From positions 326,337 to 390,336 of the forward strand of contig JAWLHY010000006.1 in NCBI GenBank assembly GCA_041690135.1: a stretch of DNA of 64,000 nucleotides. The letters are read 5' to 3'. The position numbers were made by a program, and so were the translations under genes. The stretch's first letter is position 1. Every line of letters starts with the position of its first letter. The stretch comes from Armatimonadota bacterium. Its GTDB lineage: Bacteria > Armatimonadota > SYMT01. Shown here piece after piece: positions 9,576 through 18,378 of the stretch. Under the pieces are notes generated by a model that ran no database searches, was not told the DNA's origin, and was given only the letters and a program-made list of their open reading frames with translations.

Positions 9576-11024
9576 TCATTCCGAATATCCCACTAAGGAT
9601 TTGGGAAGCTGGAAATCCGTTTCTTTGACCGCTGGGTTGTAGTCCCAGTTGTCAAGCACCACGTACAAAGCCGTGTCCCAGCCCGTAACGAGGTGGATAT
9701 CAATGACGTACTCGATCTTTCTGATCCGGCGCGTGCCAGGTTCTTGGTAGATCGTCCAACGTCGAACACGGCTGTTCTCTCGCTGGACCACTTGGAACAC
9801 CACATCCGAAGCCCCCCTATCCGGCGAGGGCTGAACAGTCACCGTAACGTTGGGCTCCTTGAGGGCTCGTTCCAGAGGGCTACGAGCGGAAAAGAAATCA
9901 AAAGGTGCAAAGTCCTCCTGGCCTTGCTCGGGAGGCCCGCTGGGAACCCGCACAACCTGACGCCCGACCCAATGACGACGCTGGATCCTGGAACCCTCTA
10001 AAATCAAGATTTCGGAAGGCGTCTTGGGGCCACGCTCAAACGGTACCAAGTCCTGTCGGAGGCTCGCGGGGGCCTGGTAGGTGTAAGTTGCGACCAGACG
10101 GGCGACTTCGTTCGCTACTGTGCTGTGCGTGGCTCGCATATACGTTCCCTGTGCCCGAACGGCATCCACGGTACGCAGTTGCCCGAGCAGCGTGCGCAAC
10201 TCCCGCTTGGCCGGCGGCCCCTGGCTTTCGCGCCAGAGGAGCCCGCCACCCACCAACAGGGCTAGAGCCCCCGCACCCCCAATCACGGCGCGGCGATCCA
10301 ACAGCAGGCGAGGCGCGTCACTGCCGGGCGCTTCCGCACGACCGCTCCCGCGCACCCGATCCATACCGGCAGGAGAGCCCTCTCCCTGGGGCAGGGCCTC
10401 CGGCGAGAGCCGCCGCAGTTCCTCCAGGATCCGGGCGGATACCGCGGCGGGCGTGGTCACATTTCCCCAGTGCGGCAGTTCCGAATCGAGGACCGACAGC
10501 GGCACCAGCGCGCCCATGTAGGGGGAGCGAGGATCGTCACTCAATAGTTTCCGCAGTCGCTTGATGGCCTCATGCACCTGGTACTGCACGGTGCCCTGCG
10601 GCAGCCCCAACACTGCGGCTGCTTCCTTATGCGTCATGCCTTCCGCCTTGACCAGGATCAAAGCCTGGTAAAGGGCTTCCGGGAGGGCGGCGAGACCGGA
10701 ATCCAGCCACAGTCGAACTAACTGGTTGCTCCGCGGATCTTCGCTTCCGCCTTCGGTTTCCAGGTCTTTGAGGGACTCCATACTGTTTGCCCGTTTTTGC
10801 CGGCGTTTGAGCCGGATATTGAGTGCGATGCGGTAGAGCCACGTCCGAACCGTTGCTTCCCCCTTGTAGCCCTCCAATCCCTGAAGGGCCCGCACCCAGG
10901 TCTCCTGCGCGAGGTCCTGCGCGTCGGCCTCATTGCCGTAGCACAAGCGAACGCAGTAACGGTAGACAGCATCCCCGTGCGCGGCGTAGAGCTCTTCGAT
11001 TGTGGGCTTCTGGTTCGGTCGCAT
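9576..11024 (-). CDS. ECF sigma factor fused to TM helix and extracytoplasmic (LolA-like?) domain
   Basis: Region 2 DAQDLAQETW...TWLYRIALN; region 4 EGMTHKEAAAVLGLPQGTV; TM AVIGGAGALALLVGGGLLW; C-terminus ends NWDYNPAVKETDFQL. Confidence 0.85.
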   Translation of the reverse strand: MRPNQKPTIEELYAAHGDAVYRYCVRLCYGNEADAQDLAQETWVRALQGLEGYKGEATVRTWLYRIALNIRLKRRQKRANSMESLKDLETEGGSEDPRSNQLVRLWLDSGLAALPEALYQALILVKAEGMTHKEAAAVLGLPQGTVQYQVHEAIKRLRKLLSDDPRSPYMGALVPLSVLDSELPHWGNVTTPAAVSARILEELRRLSPEALPQGEGSPAGMDRVRGSGRAEAPGSDAPRLLLDRRAVIGGAGALALLVGGGLLWRESQGPPAKRELRTLLGQLRTVDAVRAQGTYMRATHSTVANEVARLVATYTYQAPASLRQDLVPFERGPKTPSEILILEGSRIQRRHWVGRQVVRVPSGPPEQGQEDFAPFDFFSARSPLERALKEPNVTVTVQPSPDRGASDVVFQVVQRENSRVRRWTIYQEPGTRRIRKIEYVIDIHLVTGWDTALYVVLDNWDYNPAVKETDFQLPKSLVGYSE

Positions 11025-11050
11025 GCTATCCCTGTCAGTCTTCCGTCCGC

Positions 11051-11100
11051 TTAGATCCCCCATGGGCTCCGTTTTGTTGGGTGGGGAGAAACTTTTTTTT
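11051..11100 (-). promoter_or_regulatory. ECF-type promoter for the ECF operon (probably autoregulatory)
   Basis: A-tract, CCAACAAAAC, 12 nt, GGATCTAA; ends about 26 nt upstream of ATG 11024. Confidence 0.65.
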
Positions 11101-11128
11101 TCGCGGGTCGGATGGAGCGGCGGGCAGC

Positions 11129-11178
11129 AAAAAAAATCTCCGCCCGTACCAACAAAACGCGGGGGTCAGGGGATCTAA
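11129..11178 (+). promoter_or_regulatory. Second, divergent copy of the same ECF-type promoter
   Basis: A-tract (11129-11136), CCAACAAAAC (11149-11158), 12 nt, GGATCTAA (11171-11178). Confidence 0.65.
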
Positions 11179-11182
11179 GGGG

Positions 11183-11274
11183 GCAGAAACCTCTTTGGCG
11201 CCGAGGAATGTGTCCCCTCAGTGCATTGGCCTCCGGATGCGGGCGTCGTCCCGCAGCTGGGGGCCTTTTTCTTT
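11183..11274 (+). ncRNA. Candidate ECF-dependent small RNA (~90 nt)
   Basis: Lies between the promoter copy and an intrinsic terminator; no convincing ORF with a properly spaced RBS. Confidence 0.45.
11228..11274 (+). terminator. Rho-independent terminator
   Basis: GGCCTCC..TGCGGG-cgtcgt-CCCGCA..GGGGGCC followed by TTTTTCTTT. Confidence 0.7.
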
Positions 11275-11484
11275 GCACCCCACAGGTAGACGAAGCTTGC
11301 CCGGCTGGAGTAGCGGGGTGGCCCGCGCAGCGCGGTGGGGAAACGCCGCTAACGAAGGATCTCCGGCAGCGGCACCCACTGCCCCGGGGAGAAGAATGAT
11401 GGATCCTGCGGACCCGGCCCGCTCACTACCTTCTTACTCCCCGCGGGTTTTCAGCTATCGCGGCAGGCTCGCCGCGGGTGGACT

Positions 11485-14382
11485 TCAGAGTTCCGAAACG
11501 AAGTGGTACTCGCCCGAGCCGAGTTCGAGCACCGCACGCGCTCCGTCCATGCGCAAGAAACGCATGCCTCGAGAGTCCCGCAGATTCTTGCCGCCCTCCA
11601 TGATCCCCCTCCGGGCGGCCGAAGGCAAGTAGAGCGTGGCGGTGGTGTTCGGCGGAATCGTTCCTCTCCACTCGAACCGCTGTCCATTCAGCTTCCAGTG
11701 GGAACGAATCGGTCCGTGAAGCGAGCGATACTCCGCGTGTACCCAATCGATGGGAGCGACCTCCCCCTGGCCGCGACTACCGGAAGGGCCAGGCCGCAAG
11801 ACCAGACGACGGAAGCCGGGACCTTCGGTATCGATACCCGCCAGCGACTGGAACATCCATTCACTCACCGCGCCGAAGGAGTAGTGGCTGAAGGAGTTCA
11901 TCCCGGCGTCTCCGAAGCCCTTTTCCTTGGTATAGCTGTTCCAACGCTCCCAGATCGATGTTGCGCCATTCACGACTTCGTAGCCCCAGGAGGGGAACTG
12001 CCGGCTCTGGAGCAGTTGCAGGGCGAGATCATGCTGGCCCGTGGCGGTGAGCACCGGCAGCAGCGGCCGGGTACCCAGGAAGCCGGTAGCCATGCGGCCC
12101 CCGTTCTTGCGAATCATCTCCGCCAGACGGGCCCCGGCCTGGGCACGCTGGTTCTCCGGAAAGAGCCCTACCCACAGGGCCAGGGCATAGGCCGTCTGGG
12201 TGTCGACCCCCAGGCTGCCGTCGGGACGCAAGTAATCCTGCTGGAACCGGCCGTGAATCCGCTCAAACAGCTTGCCATACTTTTCCGCGTCGGCCGTTTT
12301 GCCCAGAGCCGCCGCGATCTCCGCCATCAGCCGGGCCGAATAGGCGAAGTAGGCGGCATCGACGTATTCGATCGGCGTCTGCTGGCCCAGCGAGAGCCAG
12401 TCGCCCCAATTGTTCCCGGCATTGGTCCCCCGCAGGTCCGGGCTGCGGCGCTGCCGGAACTCGAGGAACCGGACCATGGAGGGATAGTGCCGCTCCAGAA
12501 TTCGCGTATCCCCATAGACCTGGTAGATGGTGTACGGGCAGATGATCCCGGCGTCCGTCCAGGCGGTCCCGTAGCCTTCCGTCCCCCCGTGGTACATCGG
12601 GTAGGGGGCGTAATCCGGGTAGGCGCCGCTCTCCCGCTGGCTCTCTACCAGGTCGTCCATCCACTTGGTGAAGAAGGAGGCGACGTCGGCATGGTAGGTC
12701 GCGGCGCGCACGTAGATCTGCGCGTCGCCCGTCCAACCCAGGCGCTCGTCCCGCTGCGGGCAGTCGGTGGGAATCTCGAAGAAGTTCGCCCGCTGGGTCC
12801 ACACCACGTTCTGGAACAGACGGTTAATGACCGGATCCGAGCACTCGAAGGCGCTGGTTAGCGGGGTATCGGAGTGAAGTACGATCCCCGTTACCGCATC
12901 CGCAGTCGGCTTTCCGGGGAAGCCGGTCAACTCGACGTATTGGAAGCCGTGATAGGTGAACTGCGGCATCCAGGTCTCCCCGGCGGGATCTCCCCGGAGA
13001 ATGTACTCGTCCGTGGCCCGGGCTCTCCGGAGGTTCTCGGTCATCAGGCGACCGTCCGGATGGAGCATCTCGCCGTACCGGATTCGGACGCGGGTGCCGG
13101 CGGGGCCCTTCACCTTCAGCCGAGCCACGCCGGAAAAGTTCTGCCCCAGGTCGAAGATGTGCACGCCCGGCTGCGGCTCGGTCACGCGGACCGTCCGCAC
13201 TTCCCCCACAGCACGCACAGGTACGCCGGGGTAGGCTTGCAATCGCTTCGGCGGTACGAACCCCAACTCCACCTCTCGCTCGCCGGCCCGGTCGAAGAAC
13301 GTGGCCTTGGTGCTACCGTTCTCCGCGGCGAGGATCGCCTGCTCCCAGCCTTCCGCGACGAATCCGGTGCGATCCCAACCCGGTAGCTCCAGGCGGGCGT
13401 CGTAAGATTCGCCCATGAGCATGTCCGCTTCGCGGATCGGCTGGCGATCCGTAACTTTCCAGGTGCGATCGGTGCCGATCACTTCACGACTGCCGTCCGC
13501 GTATTCGATCTCCAGTTGAGCGCGGAAGGCGGGTGTTTTGCCGTAGAAGTAGCGCCCCACCCGGTTGGGACCATAGCCCACCAGCAGACCGTATCCGACG
13601 TACCCGCTGTACCACCCCTCCGCCACCACAGCGCCCAGGACGTTGGCGCCCGCCAGGATATCGTTAGTCACGTCGTGGGTGTGGTAATAGGCCCGCTCCC
13701 GGTAGTCCGACCAGCCGGGTGTGAAGCGCGCGTCCCCCACCCGCCGGCCGTTCAGCCGCAGCTCGTAGAGACCCAGGGCCGTAGCGTACACGGTGGCGCG
13801 GCGCACCGGCCTGGCCGCCTGGAACTCCCGGCGGTAGATGCGGGGAGCGGGAAGATACAGGTCCTTCCGGCTGGTGTGCAGCGGCGCCGTATCGCGATAA
13901 CTGATCCACTCCGCCCGCCAGTCCTCGGCTCGCAGGAGTCCCATTCCCCACTCCGCCGGCCCACTCCATGTGCCGGCTTTGCCTTTCTCGTCCCAGGCGC
14001 GCACCTTCCAGTAGCTGCGCATCCGGGAAGCAAGCGGCCGGCCCCGGTAAGCGATACCGGAACTCTGGTCGCCGGACACCCGGCCCGTATCCCACAGGTC
14101 CCCCTTTTCGTCCGCCAGCTTCTCGGGGCTCGAAGCAACGAGCACCCGGTAGGCCGTCTGTCGCCGCGCCCGCCCGTTGCCTTCCAACCGCCAGCTTAGC
14201 CGGGGCAGTGTCTCCTCGATCCCGGCCGGGTTTACCAGGTATTCGCAGCGCAGGTCTACGGGAATCAGGGCCTTACCTCCGGACGACGCCCGCCCCGCGG
14301 CCTCCCCCGGCATCCCGGCGAAAAGCGTGGCGGCACAGGCGCCGAGTGAAAACAACAGGGATGAAAAATACAGGCGCATCAT
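11485..14382 (-). CDS. Exported alpha-L-rhamnosidase (GH78)
   Basis: Signal peptide; PTDCPQRDERLGWTGD, DLGQNFSG, GATSIWERW, MNSFSHYSFG. Confidence 0.93.
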   Translation of the reverse strand: MMRLYFSSLLFSLGACAATLFAGMPGEAAGRASSGGKALIPVDLRCEYLVNPAGIEETLPRLSWRLEGNGRARRQTAYRVLVASSPEKLADEKGDLWDTGRVSGDQSSGIAYRGRPLASRMRSYWKVRAWDEKGKAGTWSGPAEWGMGLLRAEDWRAEWISYRDTAPLHTSRKDLYLPAPRIYRREFQAARPVRRATVYATALGLYELRLNGRRVGDARFTPGWSDYRERAYYHTHDVTNDILAGANVLGAVVAEGWYSGYVGYGLLVGYGPNRVGRYFYGKTPAFRAQLEIEYADGSREVIGTDRTWKVTDRQPIREADMLMGESYDARLELPGWDRTGFVAEGWEQAILAAENGSTKATFFDRAGEREVELGFVPPKRLQAYPGVPVRAVGEVRTVRVTEPQPGVHIFDLGQNFSGVARLKVKGPAGTRVRIRYGEMLHPDGRLMTENLRRARATDEYILRGDPAGETWMPQFTYHGFQYVELTGFPGKPTADAVTGIVLHSDTPLTSAFECSDPVINRLFQNVVWTQRANFFEIPTDCPQRDERLGWTGDAQIYVRAATYHADVASFFTKWMDDLVESQRESGAYPDYAPYPMYHGGTEGYGTAWTDAGIICPYTIYQVYGDTRILERHYPSMVRFLEFRQRRSPDLRGTNAGNNWGDWLSLGQQTPIEYVDAAYFAYSARLMAEIAAALGKTADAEKYGKLFERIHGRFQQDYLRPDGSLGVDTQTAYALALWVGLFPENQRAQAGARLAEMIRKNGGRMATGFLGTRPLLPVLTATGQHDLALQLLQSRQFPSWGYEVVNGATSIWERWNSYTKEKGFGDAGMNSFSHYSFGAVSEWMFQSLAGIDTEGPGFRRLVLRPGPSGSRGQGEVAPIDWVHAEYRSLHGPIRSHWKLNGQRFEWRGTIPPNTTATLYLPSAARRGIMEGGKNLRDSRGMRFLRMDGARAVLELGSGEYHFVSEL

Positions 14383-14412
14383 TACACTGGATCCGTGGAG
14401 CGTTGCGGGCAG

Positions 14413-14625
14413 AACGTGTTGCGTATTACGTGTTGCGTATTGCGTATTGTTGCGTGCGAGGTGGGTGCGGTGGCACGGGCTCTACCTGGGGCTGTTATGT
14501 GCAACGTGAGATGGGAGATATGAAACGTGAAATGTGAGGCATTCGTGCAAGGTTAGTATGGAGGCGAGAGGTTAGGCCTCGGGCAGGCGAGGGCCGCGTA
14601 CTGCGTGAAACTTGAGACGTGAAAC
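14413..14625. repeat. Degenerate heptamer tandem tracts (TTGCGTA and TGAAACG types)
   Basis: gtgttgcgtattacgtgttgcgtattgcgtatt; gatatgaaacgtgaaatgtgag; cgtgaaacttgagacgtgaaac. Confidence 0.65.
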
Positions 14626-14756
14626 ATGGAGCTATGGTCGTGGGGTATGGCACGGCCGGGGCGCAGGACGCGACCTACCTGTTCTACGGTTCGACCTTCG
14701 TGTCGTGAGTCCTCGTATCAAGCAGCTAGCGCCCTCACCTTTATACGGGAAACGCA

Positions 14757-14791
14757 GTGAGGCCCGCAGGCGGGTTGCCTGCGGGCCTCAC
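14757..14791 (-). terminator. Hairpin downstream of the amidase gene
   Basis: GTGAGGCCCGCAGGC-gggtt-GCCTGCGGGCCTCAC, perfect 15-bp stem. Confidence 0.65.
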
Positions 14792-14816
14792 CATGGATTC
14801 CAGCGACCGGATGAGG

Positions 14817-16361
14817 CTACTCGCCCTGCGTTTTGAAGTAGTCCAGCACCCCCAGGGTAAGCGACTGGGCCAACTGCCCGTGGAAGTCCCCCGAGGAGAG
14901 CAGGAGCTCATCGTTCGTGTTGTTGATGTAGGCGATCTCCAGCAGCACGCTCGGCATGGTGGTCTCGCGGATCACAGCGAAGCTGCGGTTCCGGATTCCG
15001 CCGTCCCGCCGGCCCACCGTCGCTACCAGGCGCCGGTGCATCGCCACGGCCAACCGGTAGCTCTGCGGAGTGCGCCAGTACGTCTCGCTGCCGTTCGCCG
15101 AGTTGCGGCGGGGCGTGGAGTTGCAGTGGATGCTGATGAAGATATCCGCGTTGCGGGAGTTCGCGAATTTGCAGCGGTCGTCGAGGCTTACGAACACATC
15201 CGAGGTCCGCGTCATGAGCACCGTGGCCCCGCGGGCCTCCAGCGCCTGCTGGAACTGGAGAGCCATCTTGAGACAGAGGTCCTTCTCCAGGTGGTTGAGA
15301 CCCTTGGCCCCCGAATGGCGGCCACCGTGCCCCGCGTCGACACAAATGACCTTGCCCGCCAGGGTGCCGTCCACCACACTGGGAAGATCGATGCGCGGCA
15401 GGATCTCGATAGGCCCCTGCGGAAACGGCACGGGCACCGAGCCGTCCAGCCCGCCCGGCAGGACGCTGCTGCGTGAGGCCGTGCGTAGCGCCTGCGCGCG
15501 CCGGGTCCGGATGGCCGCCAGGAGACGGTCGGCCTCGGGCTCCACTTCCGCCTGACGCACCTGCGCACCACTTCCTACCGCCGCGACGATTTCCTGCGAA
15601 GTCACCTTCACCTGGGTCAGCCTTACGGCGCCGGAAGTCACCGCCAGCACCAGGCGGGCCGTCGTGGGGGTGAACTGCCCCGTCCGCGCCTCTTTCACTG
15701 TGCCCAATCCCGCTGGGACCTGCACTCCGGGAGCCCACTTCGCATTTTCGAAGTCGAGCACGATTCGATCGGGCTTGGTCAACGTCAACCAGGTCGGCGT
15801 GACAGGCAGGGCTGCCATCACCCGCACCACGATCCGGCCGCCTTCCTGCTCCAGGGAGACCCCGGTCAACTGCGTAAGTGGCGGCGCTTCGACATCCGCT
15901 CCAGCGACGGCCTTCTGCTTCTCCGGGTCGGGAACCAGGGCCATCAGGTTATTGCCCTTGTCCCACCGGATATCCAGGCCCAGCATCTGCGCGAGCCGCT
16001 TGACCGGCACGAAGCTGTTGCCGCCCATGACCAGCACGCAGGGGTGCTCGCCCGTCTCGGGGACGTCATCCCGGGAGGTGACGATCGGCCACTCCGCGAT
16101 CTTCTGCCCACCGCGATAGAAGAGGTAGTCGTCGCCCTTGCGCTGCGCCACGATTCCCAGCCGCTTCAACCCCGGGAGGATGGGTGCGTACAACTCCGGC
16201 TCATCCGCATGCCCATAGGTCATGTAGAAACGCGGAGCGCCTCCGGGAAGCGCGAGCCGGGTTCCGCTCGCCCCGATCTCCGCTTGCACCTGGGGGGCGA
16301 GGCCGACCAAGGCCAGAGCGAGACCGGCAAGAAACAGTGGGGGGATTACTCGGCGACGCAT
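14817..16361 (-). CDS. N-acetylmuramoyl-L-alanine amidase (AMIN + Amidase_3)
   Basis: Signal peptide; AMIN PDRIVLDF/RTGQF; VDAGHGG, EKDLCL, FISIHCNS, SVLLEIAYI. Confidence 0.92.
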   Translation of the reverse strand: MRRRVIPPLFLAGLALALVGLAPQVQAEIGASGTRLALPGGAPRFYMTYGHADEPELYAPILPGLKRLGIVAQRKGDDYLFYRGGQKIAEWPIVTSRDDVPETGEHPCVLVMGGNSFVPVKRLAQMLGLDIRWDKGNNLMALVPDPEKQKAVAGADVEAPPLTQLTGVSLEQEGGRIVVRVMAALPVTPTWLTLTKPDRIVLDFENAKWAPGVQVPAGLGTVKEARTGQFTPTTARLVLAVTSGAVRLTQVKVTSQEIVAAVGSGAQVRQAEVEPEADRLLAAIRTRRAQALRTASRSSVLPGGLDGSVPVPFPQGPIEILPRIDLPSVVDGTLAGKVICVDAGHGGRHSGAKGLNHLEKDLCLKMALQFQQALEARGATVLMTRTSDVFVSLDDRCKFANSRNADIFISIHCNSTPRRNSANGSETYWRTPQSYRLAVAMHRRLVATVGRRDGGIRNRSFAVIRETTMPSVLLEIAYINNTNDELLLSSGDFHGQLAQSLTLGVLDYFKTQGE

Positions 16362-16582
16362 AGGCTTGCTCCTCTCTCACAACCACTCGATCGGACGCCC
16401 GCGCGGGACGACGGCAAGAAGGCGGCTCCGGCACGACGGACCGGAGTACCTCGATTCTCGGCACGGGGTGGACGGCTCTCCAACCGAAGATGCCTTCCCG
16501 GCGCCGGCGAGCAGAAGCCTGCCCGTGCTCCCCCGTTCGGCCTCCCGCCTTCCGAGTCCTCCCTTTGGGGCGGGATGTGGGT

Positions 16583-16922
16583 ACGGTTTGGCGGGGTTGG
16601 GGATCTGAGTTGCAAGTTGGAAGGTTGCAAGTTGAAGGTTAGGGACCGTGGGGTTTGCTACCGGTACGGCCCCCCGCGGGGGCTAAAGTTTGGCAGGACA
16701 GGTTCTGCGTGTACAGGTTGGAAGGTGGAAGGTGGGAGGTTGAAGGTTGGGGACCGTGGAGTCCGCTACGGGTGCGGCCCCCCGCGGGGGCTAAAGTTTG
16801 GCAGGACAGGTTCTGTGTTTACAGGTTGGAAGGTGGAAGGTTGGGAACCCCGGGGGTTCCGGGCAAGTGCGGTTTGGCACTACCGGGATCGGAGTTGCAA
16901 ATTGGAAGGTTGGAGGTTGAAG
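16583..16922. repeat. Nested A-B-B-A repeat: 108-bp tandem duplication with AGGTTGG/AGGTGGA heptamers
   Basis: gggaccgtgg at 16642 and 16750, each with CCCCCGCGGGGG and ctaaagtttggcaggacaggttctg; flanking cggtttggc..gggatc.gagttgcaa.ttggaagg at ~16583 and ~16870. Confidence 0.8.
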
Positions 16923-17046
16923 CCCCTCTGAGGCCAGGGATCGAGGCCCGGTTGATTCCGAGGGCCGGGAGATCGGCTGAGGGTACAGGGGTGGACCACT
17001 TGCCACGCAAGTACCGATTGATCTAGCCCGGTTTGCGTGGCGAGAA

Positions 17047-17151
17047 GGAGGTTCCCGGTAAGCGAAACATGTCCTGTCCTTGCACCCGCAAAAGTAGGGC
17101 GGAGGCTCCATCCCCGCCGGGTCTTGGTCTTGCACCCGTAGTGCCGTGTGG
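17047..17151. repeat. Dispersed non-coding element, copy 1 (contains a GTAG-type REP-like palindrome)
   Basis: Ungapped match to 29637-29741 (82/105 identical, counted by hand); GTAGGGCGG...CCCCGCC at 17094-17118. Confidence 0.75.
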
Positions 17152-17404
17152 CCCCACTTACTACGGCATAGGGGAGCCCGCCAGACCAATGACCCACTCG
17201 GCTGTGTCTTCTTGAACGGAAGCCTGGCCGTATGGCTGAAGGATCCCGTGGCGACCACCGCACTCACGACCCGTCCCGAACACATGTCCGGGTGGTAAAC
17301 CCAGTGGGCGTCGGGACCTCCCTCCGGTAGCTCGCAACCCGGGTGGTCGCGTCCCGCCCTGGCAGGCGCACTCCGGGGATGGATTCGTTCCCCCACGGAC
17401 TACG

Positions 17405-17914
17405 TCACCCGTAGTGCGGCAACCCCTGGAGCTTGTCCAGAAAACCCCGAGGATCCGTTACAAACCGTACGGCGTCTGACTGCTGGATCTCCTGAACGAG
17501 CAGTTCCAGCCGGGGTTCGATCAACATCAGGTCCGAGGTCAACAGGAGACAGTCGCCCTGTGCCGCGATGCGGCACACCGTTTCCGCCAGAGCGGGATTC
17601 CATTGCCGAAGGTCGAAGCGAACGCTGAAGTCCTCAATGGTCCTCGCGCCGTCTCCGCCCTCTTCCTCATATGCCACCTCGACGATGTCCCCATCGTATC
17701 CGCCCCACGCACGGCTGTTCTTCGACCAGTGGTCTTCTATCCGCGGCAGGACCTCGTCCAGGAGGTTCACGACGTCGTCCGACAGGGTGTGACCGCCCCA
17801 CCACTCGGTATCGGACCACCAGGTCTCCTCGTCCAGGCGCAGCGGCACTCCGCCGAGTTGCGCAAGCAGCACCCCGCGCGGAATCAGATGCAAGGAAAAC
17901 TGCCAGATCGCCAT
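17405..17914 (-). CDS. Hypothetical acidic protein (MAIWQF...)
   Basis: 169-aa ORF with host-like codon usage; Trp- and acid-rich. Confidence 0.75.
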   Translation of the reverse strand: MAIWQFSLHLIPRGVLLAQLGGVPLRLDEETWWSDTEWWGGHTLSDDVVNLLDEVLPRIEDHWSKNSRAWGGYDGDIVEVAYEEEGGDGARTIEDFSVRFDLRQWNPALAETVCRIAAQGDCLLLTSDLMLIEPRLELLVQEIQQSDAVRFVTDPRGFLDKLQGLPHYG

Positions 17915-17988
17915 ACTTACCGTCCCGCCCGACCGATCATCAACGTCAGGGCGCCGTAGAGATGGGAGTTGGACCCCCTTGCCCTAAG

Positions 17989-18044
17989 CACAAAATCCAC
18001 ACAATACACAAAATCCCGGTTGCTTGTTACACAAAACCACACAT
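17989..18044. repeat. Three AT-rich direct repeats CACAAAA(T)CC
   Basis: Copies at 17989, 18007 and 18030. Confidence 0.55.
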
Positions 18045-18135
18045 AATTCGGCCAAGTCGCGCGTCATCCACGGCATCGACGCGAGCCGGCGCTACTTCAC
18101 CCCACACGGATTGGCTTTCTTCTCCAGCAAACCGG

Positions 18136-18354
18136 CTAACGCTCCCCACCAGCCAACTTTTGTTCCGCCTCCGCCAGGGCTTCTTTCAACTCCGCGAGAT
18201 CGCAAGTAGGCGGCGTCTCCGCTGATTTCGGGTAGACGGTGAGCACCAGACCCCCTTCGGCGCGCCTTCGAACGTCGCCCCAGTGGGTCCCGCCGTTCCA
18301 GATTTCCGCGACCGCCGTTTCCTCATCCACGCCCAGGAATACCGTGACTTCCAT
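18136..18354 (-). CDS. Small hypothetical protein, 72 aa
   Basis: GGAGGGG RBS; VAEIW...WGDV...LTVYP...LKEALAEAEQKL. Confidence 0.7.
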   Translation of the reverse strand: MEVTVFLGVDEETAVAEIWNGGTHWGDVRRRAEGGLVLTVYPKSAETPPTCDLAELKEALAEAEQKLAGGER

Positions 18355-18378
18355 ACCCCTCCGCCCCTTCCTGCCGCG

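Noticed and set aside
11112-11399. 95-aa plus-strand ORF over the sRNA candidate
   Set aside because: Starts upstream of the promoter, crosses the terminator, and the internal ATG has an RBS with almost no spacing
16583-16922. Possible CRISPR array
   Set aside because: Only two long units, spacers are not unique, and no cas genes are present
16044-17396. Several ORFs across the repeat spacer (KLEGWRLK etc.)
   Set aside because: Products mirror the heptamer repeats; no protein family signal
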